In this document: piece by piece, positions 20,488 through 29,476 of the stretch | Layout of the letters: every line of letters starts with the position of its first letter | Numbering within the stretch: position 1 is the first letter of the stretch | Assembly: GCA_963668355.1 (NCBI GenBank) | Contig: OY764265.1 | Span: 1,920,001-1,984,000 of the forward strand | Length of the DNA stretch: 64,000 bases | Direction of reading: 5' to 3' | Source of the DNA: Bdellovibrionota bacterium | GTDB taxonomy: Bacteria > Bdellovibrionota_G > JALEGL01 > DATDPG01 | The notes under the pieces: generated by a model | What the model saw: only the letters and a program-made list of their open reading frames with translations | The model's database searches: none | What the model was told of the DNA's origin: nothing | Program-made: the position numbers and the translations under genes

Positions 20488-22959
20488 TTAGAAAGATTTT
20501 ACTTTGACTTGAATTCTCAGCCCTTCACTCACGGGTTCAATCGCTTTTTTAATTTCTCGTTTAACGCCGTCTGCAACTTCATCTCTAAGTTCGACTTCAA
20601 TTAAGCCCTGAGTGTTGTTGATTTTGATCTCTCCGGCTGTAAGTATTTCAGCCTCTCCCTCGAAGCCTTCAGCCCTAATCATTTTCTCAAAAGCAAGAAA
20701 AGCGTGTCCGTGGGTAGCTCCGTCCCAAACAAAAATCTTTCCACCTGCTTCAATAATCGTGGGCTTTGCGCCATCAAGAACACCTGGCTCGCCAAAGTTT
20801 GAGGCAGGAAGCGTATTTAAATCCACACTTCGATCTTCTTTGGGAACGCTCCAACTAAGACGTATCTCTGTTCCCATGCCTGAAAGCAAAGGTTGGTTTT
20901 TGCCAAACAAACTAAAACCCCATCTTTGGGCCAATTTACTTGCTAAATGCATGATCGGGAATTTAGGCCGTGTGATAGATGGATTTCCGTCATATCCGTA
21001 CTGTGGAAAATCTGACTGCAACTCAACGATGACCTTGCCGACATCATTTTCTCGGACGGATATTTCAGCTGGATGATTCAGGCTCCGTAGAAGGTTGTCT
21101 GAAAACACCAAGCCCAATAGAAAGCGAAAGGCATGACGGTTCATCTGTTGAGGGATTCGTACTAGTTCCGAAGTAGAAGCTTGGAGAGGATTCGGAAACT
21201 TTTGGAAAGACATTGGGGGTAACTGCGTCTTGGCAAAACGGATCGATTGTTCGAGTACTTCATTTACGTCTAATCGAAGGTCACGATATTGACCGAAGTG
21301 CTTGGTTCGTGGACCGGTGAGCATCAGGACTTGCAATGCAAGAGCTAAAGTCTTTAACCCGCTGATAGTCTCAACGTATCCGTTTCTGGATTCTATAGCT
21401 TTCAACGACTCTTGAAGAGGAAACAATTTTGGAAGGAACCCATTCATATGTTTACCGTAGGTGTTTCCTCTCAGTGTTCGCGAGAATAAGGGGCTTTTCT
21501 CTAAACGACCAACTGCTTTGATAAAGTCCTGTTTTAGTTTTTCAATTAGATCTCGAATCGTAGGGCCATCTAAACGATCACTAAGATCAGCCGCTAATCT
21601 CTCCATTTCCGTCACAATCTCCGAACCTTGCAATAAAACAAAAGAGATCGCGCGATAAGCCGGTTGATGATCGAAAGCAACAACCTGTGTGAAAGCAGGA
21701 TCTTCGCTTGGGTCAGGAAAATTTGCCGCTTTCCAATCCTCAAACGTTCCATACTTTTCGCCAAAACCAGCCGTTGCGAGATACGCTTGATAAAGTCGTC
21801 GTTGAACTTCTTCGGTCGCTTCTTCGAGGCTCGTCGCTTTTCCAGCTGTGATGGTTTGTTTTTCTGTTTGAACTGTCTGGGAAAGGACTACTTGCGGAGC
21901 GAGAATCTCCGATCCGAGAGTAGGAGAGGGCGAAGTCATAGGAGCGGCTTCAATGATTGGAGTCGTTGAGGTGGCATAGAAATCATCAAGAAGTGCTGCC
22001 ACGGCCGCTTGAGCTTCAGGGGAGGTTTCAATTACTTGCGTAGCTACAGCAACACCACCTTCTTCTAAAGAAGCTGTTGCACCTGTAGGAGATCGAGTTC
22101 CCTGAGATCTTACGGGAGAAATAATTTCCAAAGGTCGAGCCTCAGGTCCCCAAACGGTTCGGGAAGGTCCCCTGGTTATTAAGGGAGAATCGTTCCCCAC
22201 CCGTCGAGCGGTTCGGACTAAGAGTTGGCTGGTGGTTTGTGCAACCGCTTGTGAGGTTTGGCCTTCCATTCGGATGAGTGCGGTCGAAACCGATTCTGAT
22301 CGTGCAAGCGGGAAAAGAATTGCCGGAACGGCAACGTAAGTACGACCCCATTCTTGAGCTGTCGGCCGCTCGACATCATACCCAAGAAGATAAAGGCCCT
22401 CTCGTGAGGGCGTGACCACAATATCTTGTAGGATTTGATTGCACACGTCAGACGTAAAATACAATCCAGTGTTAGCAGTTCTAATGGGATGCCTAACACG
22501 ATCAACATTCGTTTCTACGACGCATCGAGAGCCGGACACAACACCCTGAAGTTTAGCGACGAGAACATTTTTAAGATTCTTTCCAAACGAGTCTTCTTGC
22601 TTCCAACCATTTTGCTCTCCCAAAATTCCCCAAAAGGTTCCATTCTGCATGGCATTCCAGTGCTCCTGGGCCGAGGCCATGCGAACATCTGAACCCACGA
22701 TCGTATGAGAGAGATTAACAAGAGCCGGGAGGATATTTAGACAAACCCATCCAGCTTCTTTGAGTGATGCTCCCAGGCCATATTCAGTTTCTTCCACACA
22801 GACCCAAAGCCCGTCGGTTGGAGGCTCGATTTGCGTTTGTGGAATGGATTGAGGTTGAGTTTCCTGAGCGAAAGAAAGAGCTGGTCCAAACCCAATGCTA
22901 ATAAGCGTCCAAGCTAGGCAAAGGGCCGATAGCCCTTTTAACAGCCACTTCCGCGACAT
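20488..22959 (-). CDS. Large secreted orphan protein with Pro/Thr/Ala linker and possible degenerate histidine-kinase-like C-terminal region
   Basis: SD GAGGTG before MSRKWLL; signal peptide SFA|QE; HATPase-like residue pattern in the last third. Confidence 0.7.
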   Translation of the reverse strand: MSRKWLLKGLSALCLAWTLISIGFGPALSFAQETQPQSIPQTQIEPPTDGLWVCVEETEYGLGASLKEAGWVCLNILPALVNLSHTIVGSDVRMASAQEHWNAMQNGTFWGILGEQNGWKQEDSFGKNLKNVLVAKLQGVVSGSRCVVETNVDRVRHPIRTANTGLYFTSDVCNQILQDIVVTPSREGLYLLGYDVERPTAQEWGRTYVAVPAILFPLARSESVSTALIRMEGQTSQAVAQTTSQLLVRTARRVGNDSPLITRGPSRTVWGPEARPLEIISPVRSQGTRSPTGATASLEEGGVAVATQVIETSPEAQAAVAALLDDFYATSTTPIIEAAPMTSPSPTLGSEILAPQVVLSQTVQTEKQTITAGKATSLEEATEEVQRRLYQAYLATAGFGEKYGTFEDWKAANFPDPSEDPAFTQVVAFDHQPAYRAISFVLLQGSEIVTEMERLAADLSDRLDGPTIRDLIEKLKQDFIKAVGRLEKSPLFSRTLRGNTYGKHMNGFLPKLFPLQESLKAIESRNGYVETISGLKTLALALQVLMLTGPRTKHFGQYRDLRLDVNEVLEQSIRFAKTQLPPMSFQKFPNPLQASTSELVRIPQQMNRHAFRFLLGLVFSDNLLRSLNHPAEISVRENDVGKVIVELQSDFPQYGYDGNPSITRPKFPIMHLASKLAQRWGFSLFGKNQPLLSGMGTEIRLSWSVPKEDRSVDLNTLPASNFGEPGVLDGAKPTIIEAGGKIFVWDGATHGHAFLAFEKMIRAEGFEGEAEILTAGEIKINNTQGLIEVELRDEVADGVKREIKKAIEPVSEGLRIQVKVKSF

Positions 22960-23087
22960 TCTGATACACCTCAACTTCATGAAATCGACGCAATGTAACG
23001 CACCGCACAATTCCTTTCAAGGCAAAAAACCTAAGAATTTCCTTGCGGTTACCTTGGTCGCTGGTGGCCCAACGGGCCCAAAATGAA

Positions 23088-23127
23088 AATTGGTGGAGCT
23101 GAACAGAATCGAACTGTCGACCTCTTG
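23088..23127 (-). repeat. Exact 40-bp direct repeat of the tRNA-Ala 3' end (att-like)
   Basis: Identical to 23251-23290. Confidence 0.95.
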
Positions 23128-23253
23128 GCTCATTACGGGGCTCATCGAACTTAAACCTCCCTAGGGTCGGTTCAAATTCGTGATCCCGTACATTCACTAT
23201 TCAAGCGCAGCCCTTGAATGGGTCACTGCTGGTTCGAAATGTTTGGGAATAAT

Positions 23254-23329
<76 letters not shown>

Positions 23330-23331
23330 AC

Positions 23332-23390
23332 CAGTCTTCGCGAGTTACGCGAGAGAAGACTGCCACGCCGAAGCTTTAGCGAAGGCGGGC
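23332..23390. repeat. REP-like palindromes upstream of the tRNA
   Basis: CAGTCTTC...GAAGACTG hairpin followed by CGCCGAAGCTTTAGCGAAGGCG. Confidence 0.5.
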
Positions 23391-23619
23391 CTTTGAGCCT
23401 CGAACCTGGACGCTACGACTTGGCAGGCCGGTCTTTGAAGGCGATTGTGTACCAAAAGAGTTGGGATAAGGCAATGACGTTTGCACAAGACGGCTGGAAG
23501 GAAATATTCATTTGCGATCTTTGGCGAAAGTTTGCCCGGAGCTGGCGTTTGTGTGTCCCGTCGCGCTGTTTTTCGCCAAGAGGACTTCTTGTAAAGTCCA
23601 TAAAAACAATGAGTTAGAA

Positions 23620-23636
23620 TTGGCATATGGTTTGCG
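23620..23636 (+). promoter_or_regulatory. Putative sigma54 -24/-12 promoter
   Basis: TTGGCATATGGTTTGCG. Confidence 0.7.
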
Positions 23637-23673
23637 TTTTATGAACGACATGGAAGTGAGAAAGGTGTCGTTC

Positions 23674-25326
23674 ATGAAAACCTTAAGTCGTATGTTTGTC
23701 GTTTCGATTTTGTTCTTGGGGGGCTGTGCCCAAACTCTGGAGCCCACAAATGTAGACCGAACCGCTCAGGTTCAATTTTCCCATGATTCGGGAGAGTACT
23801 TCAATGCGATCAACGTGGTGTTGGCCAGTGAAACCCCCGATGCGGTGATTTACTATACGATGGATGGTTCGACTCCAACCGAGTCTTCTCTGGTGTATTC
23901 TTCAGCCGTTTCCGTTTCCGTTTCTGCGGACATGACGCTTAATGCTTTGGCGACTTCTCCAAACTTGCTTCCCAGCCTTCCGACCGGAAAAATCTATACA
24001 TTTAATTATACCCAGGTGGCCACGCCCGAGTTCTCCGTAAATGCGGGTACGTATGCAGAGGTGTTTGATGTTGAAATCACTTCGGCCACATCCGATGCGC
24101 GGATCTATTACACAACGGGAGAAGAAGATCCCACGGATGAATCTGAACTCTGCGATGAAGAGGAAGAGAATGAAGATGGGAATTGTGAAGTTCATATTTC
24201 GGGCGCCACAGTTTTAAAGGCCATTGCGTACAATGATTCCTTAGAGCCTAGTGATGTGGCTTCTGTGGAGTATGTCTTTGATGGAATGACATTGCTGAAA
24301 AAAAATGTTCAAGCCGTAAAAATTCGAATTGATTTTGATCGAGAAGTGGATGGTCGTGAGCGAATTCGCTTGGAAGATGGAACCATGAATATCATTCACG
24401 AGTATTGGCAAAAACCTTCGGATCCCGTGGTTTGTTTGGCCGATTCTTCTGGAAATTGTTTAACAGATCCGGAGAGTAAGCGTTGGGAAATTGAACCGTT
24501 TCACTCTGGGGATGGAGAGCGTACATGTTATTTCGGAGACAGTTCAGCTCCTATGGTGACCAGTTGCTGGAGTCAGGCGTTTGATTTGGTTAGTGAGATG
24601 GGAATTGATGAGGCCCTTGAGGGAGAATTCAATCGCATTGCCAATCTTGAAGTGGTTCGAGGGCGTGTGGATGAAGTAAGTTCTTGTTTGGGTGGAAATA
24701 ACTCAAATTACGCCTGCATCACCGATGAGGGTGAAATTAAGTTTCAAGATGGTTCTGGTGGAGACACCCGCTGGACATTCACGTTCGATTATTTTTATAC
24801 GACGGGTGAGTATGTTGCCGAAGCCGTTCCCGATACGGAAATTGCTTTGGCCAGAGTGGATTTCGACATTCGTTCGACGGGGAAAGATATTTTAAATGCC
24901 GAAGAAGGACTTCTTTCCATTTTTAATGACGAGGGATCCTTGCCCGTTTCTCCCGCGGTGGTTTCCGTGGAACGTTGGACTGGGACTACTTGGGAAGCCA
25001 CGATTGCAGAAGACTATGACTGGATCTGGGAAGCTTCCGATTGGGACTCTGTGTATGGGGGAAGAATGAGTCCCGAGTTGAGCATGGGCTTGTCCGACTT
25101 GATTGATGGCGAGTTCGACTATGTCGCAAATCTCGATGTTCTTGAGGCGCGCCAAGTTCGATGCCAAGAGAATGGAGCCTACACGACGTATTCGGGTTCG
25201 GTGTCGTTGGCTCCAGAGGGTGCGGGTGTTGTGTTGGATAGTCTCTCACTTCCTTCGGGGTGCACGCTTATGAACGATAATTACCGTGTGAGTTTTGAAT
25301 ATTTTTTCACGGTTCCTGTTGATTAA
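23674..25326 (+). CDS. Lipoprotein with two chitobiase/Fn3-associated (CHB_HEX_C-like) repeats and a duplicated unknown domain
   Basis: Lipobox LGGC; IYYTMDGSTPT and IYYTTGEEDPT repeats; SD AAAGGTG. Confidence 0.8.
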   Translation: MKTLSRMFVVSILFLGGCAQTLEPTNVDRTAQVQFSHDSGEYFNAINVVLASETPDAVIYYTMDGSTPTESSLVYSSAVSVSVSADMTLNALATSPNLLPSLPTGKIYTFNYTQVATPEFSVNAGTYAEVFDVEITSATSDARIYYTTGEEDPTDESELCDEEEENEDGNCEVHISGATVLKAIAYNDSLEPSDVASVEYVFDGMTLLKKNVQAVKIRIDFDREVDGRERIRLEDGTMNIIHEYWQKPSDPVVCLADSSGNCLTDPESKRWEIEPFHSGDGERTCYFGDSSAPMVTSCWSQAFDLVSEMGIDEALEGEFNRIANLEVVRGRVDEVSSCLGGNNSNYACITDEGEIKFQDGSGGDTRWTFTFDYFYTTGEYVAEAVPDTEIALARVDFDIRSTGKDILNAEEGLLSIFNDEGSLPVSPAVVSVERWTGTTWEATIAEDYDWIWEASDWDSVYGGRMSPELSMGLSDLIDGEFDYVANLDVLEARQVRCQENGAYTTYSGSVSLAPEGAGVVLDSLSLPSGCTLMNDNYRVSFEYFFTVPVD

Positions 25327-25343
25327 GCGCGGGGGGTAGAAAC

Positions 25344-25375
25344 AAAAAAGGCGACCTTTTGGGTCGCCTTTTTTT
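25344..25375. terminator. Bidirectional rho-independent terminator
   Basis: AAAAAAGGCGACC-TTTTG-GGTCGCCTTTTTTT between convergent genes. Confidence 0.9.
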
Positions 25376-25391
25376 AAGGATAAAAAATCTT

Positions 25392-25799
25392 TCATTCAAT
25401 GTCGGTTTTTTCCAATTCAGCCTCGGTTTTCATGGCTTCTTCGACCAGACGTTCTTGTTTGGCAATTCGCTCGCTTACATTGTCAATTTTTGTGCAGAGA
25501 TCACCCACCATGGAAGGTTCGAATTGATCGAGTTTCAATAGCTCGTGGGTCTTTCGTCCCAGTTCTTGATAAAGGGCCTGTCGATCTCGTTGAATTCGCG
25601 CCAGATCCAGTTTGAGTTTCCCGACTTGAGATAATTTTCGTCCCCAGTCCAACGCTTCTCTTGCATGCGTTTTGGCCTGTGACCAAATTCGGGAGGCTGT
25701 GTTTTCGACTCCTTCTGAAGTGGGAGGCGTTTGGCTCTCGTTTGGCTCGTTGACGTTATTGGTTTCGATGGTTTCGTTTGTTTTTTCTTCAGTTTCCAC
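25392..25799 (-). CDS. Hypothetical coiled-coil protein
   Basis: 135-aa ORF ending at the terminator; heptad-rich. Confidence 0.7.
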   Translation of the reverse strand: METEEKTNETIETNNVNEPNESQTPPTSEGVENTASRIWSQAKTHAREALDWGRKLSQVGKLKLDLARIQRDRQALYQELGRKTHELLKLDQFEPSMVGDLCTKIDNVSERIAKQERLVEEAMKTEAELEKTDIE

Positions 25800-25830
25800 G
25801 ATCTGAACGTAGCAAGGAGCGTTCGGTCAA

Positions 25831-26433
25831 TCAAGAGGATCGTGCTTTTACAGCTCGATAATATTGAACGAAATAAAAAGCGCCAGACCAGAGAGCCAAA
25901 GCCAAAGCCACAAAAATCAGGACTTCGCCCATCTTCATCCAGGGGATTCCCCATTGATGGTTTTCGGGCCCGGCCATCAAAAAACCCAGGGCAAATCCTT
26001 CGGCCACGGTTTTAATTTTGGCGGAGCGACTGGAAGGCAGAAGAATTTCTTCTGAACTGGCAAAGCTTCTCAGGCCACTGACGGCCAACTCTCTTCCCAG
26101 AAGAAGGATGCCGATGATGGCATCCATCCGTCCCAGGTGGATGAGGAGAAGAACCGCTGACAAGACGATGAGCTTGTCGGCCAAGGGATCGAGAATTTGT
26201 CCAAGTCGGGTGATGGTTTGGGTTCGTCGGGCAATGTGTCCGTCGATGAAGTCCGTGCAAAATGCAAGGCCGAAGAGTACGGCCGCCCACATGTCACTTC
26301 TGGGACCATGCTTCGGATAAAGCAGAGCGATCACAACGGGGATGACCAAGATCCGAACGATGGTCAGCGCGTTGGGTAAATTTAGGAATTGCGATTTAGC
26401 GGACGGTGTAAATGGCTGCGATTTCTTCTGCAT
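25831..26433 (-). CDS. pgsA: CDP-diacylglycerol--glycerol-3-phosphate 3-phosphatidyltransferase
   Basis: NLPNALTIVRI, TDFIDGHIARR...G.ILDPLADK. Confidence 0.93.
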   Translation of the reverse strand: MQKKSQPFTPSAKSQFLNLPNALTIVRILVIPVVIALLYPKHGPRSDMWAAVLFGLAFCTDFIDGHIARRTQTITRLGQILDPLADKLIVLSAVLLLIHLGRMDAIIGILLLGRELAVSGLRSFASSEEILLPSSRSAKIKTVAEGFALGFLMAGPENHQWGIPWMKMGEVLIFVALALALWSGAFYFVQYYRAVKARSS

Positions 26434-27037
26434 GAGATAAGTCTTCGTAATACTTCCGTACCTTTCTCACGTAGTCAATGGTCTCGGCATAGGGAGGAAT
26501 CCCTCCATGTCGCTCAACGGCACCGGGACCAGCATTGTAGGCGGCTGCAGCGAGATCGATGTTTCCATGATATTTTTGAAGCATACGCTGAAAATACTGA
26601 ATGCCTCCCCGCAAATTTTGTTTGGGATCATGCGGATCGCGTACGCCTAAGGAGGCTGCGGTTGCGGGCATGAGTTGCATCAAGCCTCGGGCACCCTTTC
26701 GCGAGACGGCTTTGGGGTCATAAGCAGATTCGGCTTTTACCACGGCCTCAATCAAGGCCGGGTCGGCTCCTGTTTCCAACGCGATTTCGGTAATGAGGTG
26801 TTTGATTTCACTTCGAGAAAGCACTTTGAGGGCTTTTCGTACGGCTCCATGAATATTGTATCGAATGACTCGATAGGTTTTTACTTGCGGGGGGTAGTCA
26901 CAATATTGAACGACCCCATCATCTTGCTCATACGCATAAAAATTGGCGGAGGATTGGCCCCAAGAAGGGAGCGAAATGCTCAAGCTCAAACCGAGCCAAA
27001 AAAGGAAGGGGAAGGCGTTGAATCGTTCTTTTTTCAT
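26396..27037 (-). CDS. Soluble lytic transglycosylase (SLT domain)
   Basis: AES, GARGLMQLMP, AAYNAGPG, ETxDYV. Confidence 0.93.
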   Translation of the reverse strand: MKKERFNAFPFLFWLGLSLSISLPSWGQSSANFYAYEQDDGVVQYCDYPPQVKTYRVIRYNIHGAVRKALKVLSRSEIKHLITEIALETGADPALIEAVVKAESAYDPKAVSRKGARGLMQLMPATAASLGVRDPHDPKQNLRGGIQYFQRMLQKYHGNIDLAAAAYNAGPGAVERHGGIPPYAETIDYVRKVRKYYEDLSHAEEIAAIYTVR

Positions 27038-27125
27038 AAATGGGCAGGAATAGGTAACAAAAATATTCTACCAAAGCCCAGTACATCAAGCAAAAAATAA
27101 AAAATATGATTTAAGAGAACTTTTG

Positions 27126-27590
27126 TTACATATTTCTAATCGCAGTTGTCAAGCGTGTTTCATAAGAGCCATTGGAGGATTCTTTTCTCCAAACAGGTTT
27201 TCCGCCGGTCTTGGAAGATCGCTGTTTTCCAGAGTACTGCCCCTCAATGTTTACCTGTAGGTGAATGTGACTGCCGGTCTCTGTAGGAGTGACTTGGGCC
27301 TCGATATTGAAACGGCCGTGCTCATATTGATGATAATTTTCGGAGAGAGCCGCGATGTCGGTAAGCTGTTGTGGCTTCACGTCTCGCGTTACCGTCTTGA
27401 CCGTTCGAGTCTCGGTATCGAGTGTGCTGATTTCGAGATTTTCGTTTTCTAAGGCGGAAATCAGATTCTCAAAGGCATCTGACGGACTTGAGGGAACATC
27501 AAAGTCTGTCTTGGGCTGGGTTTTCTTTTGCGTGCACCCCGCCAGAATGAGTGAAAAAGCTAGGAGCCCTATGAAAAATGATCGGAACAT
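27126..27590 (-). CDS. Hypothetical lipoprotein
   Basis: Lipobox LAGC; TATACT 6 nt before the ATG. Confidence 0.7.
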   Translation of the reverse strand: MFRSFFIGLLAFSLILAGCTQKKTQPKTDFDVPSSPSDAFENLISALENENLEISTLDTETRTVKTVTRDVKPQQLTDIAALSENYHQYEHGRFNIEAQVTPTETGSHIHLQVNIEGQYSGKQRSSKTGGKPVWRKESSNGSYETRLTTAIRNM

Positions 27591-27613
27591 AGCGGGAGTA
27601 TAACCGCTTGAAA

Positions 27614-28165
27614 TCATTCTTCCCAGGAATCAACGACGCCATCGAAGTTGAAATCTTTGGCGGTTCGCGCCAATTTTCCGTCCTCGAAATACATCCAGAT
27701 ATCGGCCTTATTATCTTGATTGGAATCTCGCTCCACACGATTCAAATTCCCATTCTCGTAATAACGCCACGTATCAATTTGACCTGAAAAATGGTGGGAA
27801 CTCTCCGCCCGAACCCGTTTCCCTTTGGAAAAATATTCCGTGAGGTCAAAGGTTCCATCGAAATCCAAGTCCATCGTGAGGGTTTCAATCAAGCCTTCCG
27901 AGTAGGTCTTTTTCAGATCCACTCGTCCGTCTCGGTTTAGGTCAATTTCCTCCCGAATCAGGCGATCTCCTTGGCTCCAACGCCATGTGTCCGTCTTTCC
28001 AAGGCCGCCTACATCCAGGGTCTCAAGGGTCATGCCGTCGGGAAGCTTCTCCTGTCCTGACTTTACCGATTTGGAGGCACATCCTGAGAGTAGGAATAGG
28101 GCAAAAAAACAGAACGTGAAAAAATGAATGGTATTGACAATATATATATGGGCACGTACGGTCAT
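27614..28165 (-). CDS. Lipoprotein with repeated Dx[DN]xDG-type beta-hairpin motifs (start uncertain)
   Basis: Lipobox LSGC; DLNRDGRVD, DLDFDGTFD, DSNQDNKAD, DFNFDGVVD. Confidence 0.75.
   Translation of the reverse strand: MTVRAHIYIVNTIHFFTFCFFALFLLSGCASKSVKSGQEKLPDGMTLETLDVGGLGKTDTWRWSQGDRLIREEIDLNRDGRVDLKKTYSEGLIETLTMDLDFDGTFDLTEYFSKGKRVRAESSHHFSGQIDTWRYYENGNLNRVERDSNQDNKADIWMYFEDGKLARTAKDFNFDGVVDSWEE
28134..28162 (+). promoter_or_regulatory. Sigma70-type promoter for the RHH gene
   Basis: TTGACA-N17-TACGGT. Confidence 0.6.
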
Positions 28166-28204
28166 TTTATCAATGCGGAAAGTTGAAAATTGTAGAGGTT
28201 GATC

Positions 28205-28375
28205 ATGTCACGAAAAAAAGTTTCTACAACCGTTTACATCACTGAAGAGCAAAACGAAAAGCTCAAATTGCTAAACAGCAAGACTAAAGTGCCTGTAGCG
28301 GAGTACATTCGTCAAGGGATTGATATGGTTTTGGAGCAGTATAAGAACCAGATCCCTGGACAAATGTCTTTTTAG
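28205..28375 (+). CDS. 56-aa ribbon-helix-helix DNA-binding protein (absent from the ORF track)
   Basis: MSRKKVSTTVYITEEQNEKLKLLNSKTKVPVAEYIRQGIDMVLEQYKNQIPGQMSF; SD GAGG; beta-alpha-alpha pattern. Confidence 0.85.
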   Translation: MSRKKVSTTVYITEEQNEKLKLLNSKTKVPVAEYIRQGIDMVLEQYKNQIPGQMSF

Positions 28376-28534
28376 GTCCTGCTTAATAGCTGGGAGCGGC
28401 CATTTTCCTTCATGTTCTCGTGGGATACCGCGGGATACTCCGGGTTCCCTTCGGCATCGGCCTCAAGTTGTTCTTTCTTTTCAAGATGAATTGGGTTCTA
28501 CAAAAAGGATTAATGGTTTATTGATGAGGGCCTA

Positions 28535-29464
28535 ATGAAAATTGTTGTGACAGGTGGAGCGGGGTTTGTTGGATCTCATTTGGTAGATCGTTTGTTAAAC
28601 GAAGGCCATGAGGTCATTGTTTTGGACAATTTGGTTACCGGATCAAAAACCAATCTATCTCATCTTTCGAACACTTCCGGTTTTGAGTTGATCGAGCAGG
28701 ATGTTTCGAAGGGTATTCCAAACCTCGGAAATGTGGATGTCTTTTATCATTTGGCTTCGCCGGCCAGCCCGATTGACTTTGAGCCTCTCGCGATTGAAAT
28801 TCTTCAAGTGGGTTCCTTGGGGACCATGAATGGGTTGAATTTTGCCCGAGAAAAGAAGGCGCATTTCATTTTGGCTTCCACCAGCGAGACGTATGGCGAT
28901 CCGTTGGTCCACCCTCAAAACGAAGAATATCTTGGCAACGTCAATCAAATTGGGGTTCGAGGGGTTTATGATGAGGCCAAACGTTTTTCAGAGGCCGTTA
29001 CGATGGCTTATCGACGCAAACATGGGGTAAAAACCTCCATTGTTCGAATCTTCAATACGTATGGTCCTCGAATGCGTGCCAATGATGGGCGGGTCATACC
29101 GAATTTTATTTCTCAAGCCTTGCGTGGAAATCCTCTGACGGTCTATGGAGATGGACAGCAAACGCGAAGTCTGTGTTTCGTTTCGGATTTGGTGGATGGT
29201 TTGCATCGATTCATGCGCTTTGAACCGAAACTGCCGATCAATTTAGGAAATGATCACGAAATGACCATTCTTTCTTTGGCCGAAGAAACCATTCGTTTAA
29301 CGGGGTCGAAAAGTTCAACAACGTTCCAACCTCTTCCCGAAGGAGATCCGAAACTGAGATGTCCGGTCTTGGATCGGGCACGAGAGTTTCTCAAATGGGA
29401 GCCCAAGGTTTCCCTCCAAGACGGACTCCAAGAAACCATTAACTACTTTAAAAAGATTCTTTAG
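28535..29464 (+). CDS. UDP-glucuronate decarboxylase-family NAD-dependent epimerase/dehydratase
   Basis: GGAGFVGSH, LASPASP, STSETYGDP, YDEAKR, RIFNTYGPRM. Confidence 0.9.
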   Translation: MKIVVTGGAGFVGSHLVDRLLNEGHEVIVLDNLVTGSKTNLSHLSNTSGFELIEQDVSKGIPNLGNVDVFYHLASPASPIDFEPLAIEILQVGSLGTMNGLNFAREKKAHFILASTSETYGDPLVHPQNEEYLGNVNQIGVRGVYDEAKRFSEAVTMAYRRKHGVKTSIVRIFNTYGPRMRANDGRVIPNFISQALRGNPLTVYGDGQQTRSLCFVSDLVDGLHRFMRFEPKLPINLGNDHEMTILSLAEETIRLTGSKSSTTFQPLPEGDPKLRCPVLDRAREFLKWEPKVSLQDGLQETINYFKKIL

Positions 29465-29476
29465 AAGTTTTTTCCT

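Noticed and set aside
28205..28375. CdbA (c-di-GMP-binding RHH) assignment
   Set aside because: Lacks the KQSLYFP...DRSLSW pattern I recall for that family; left as a generic RHH
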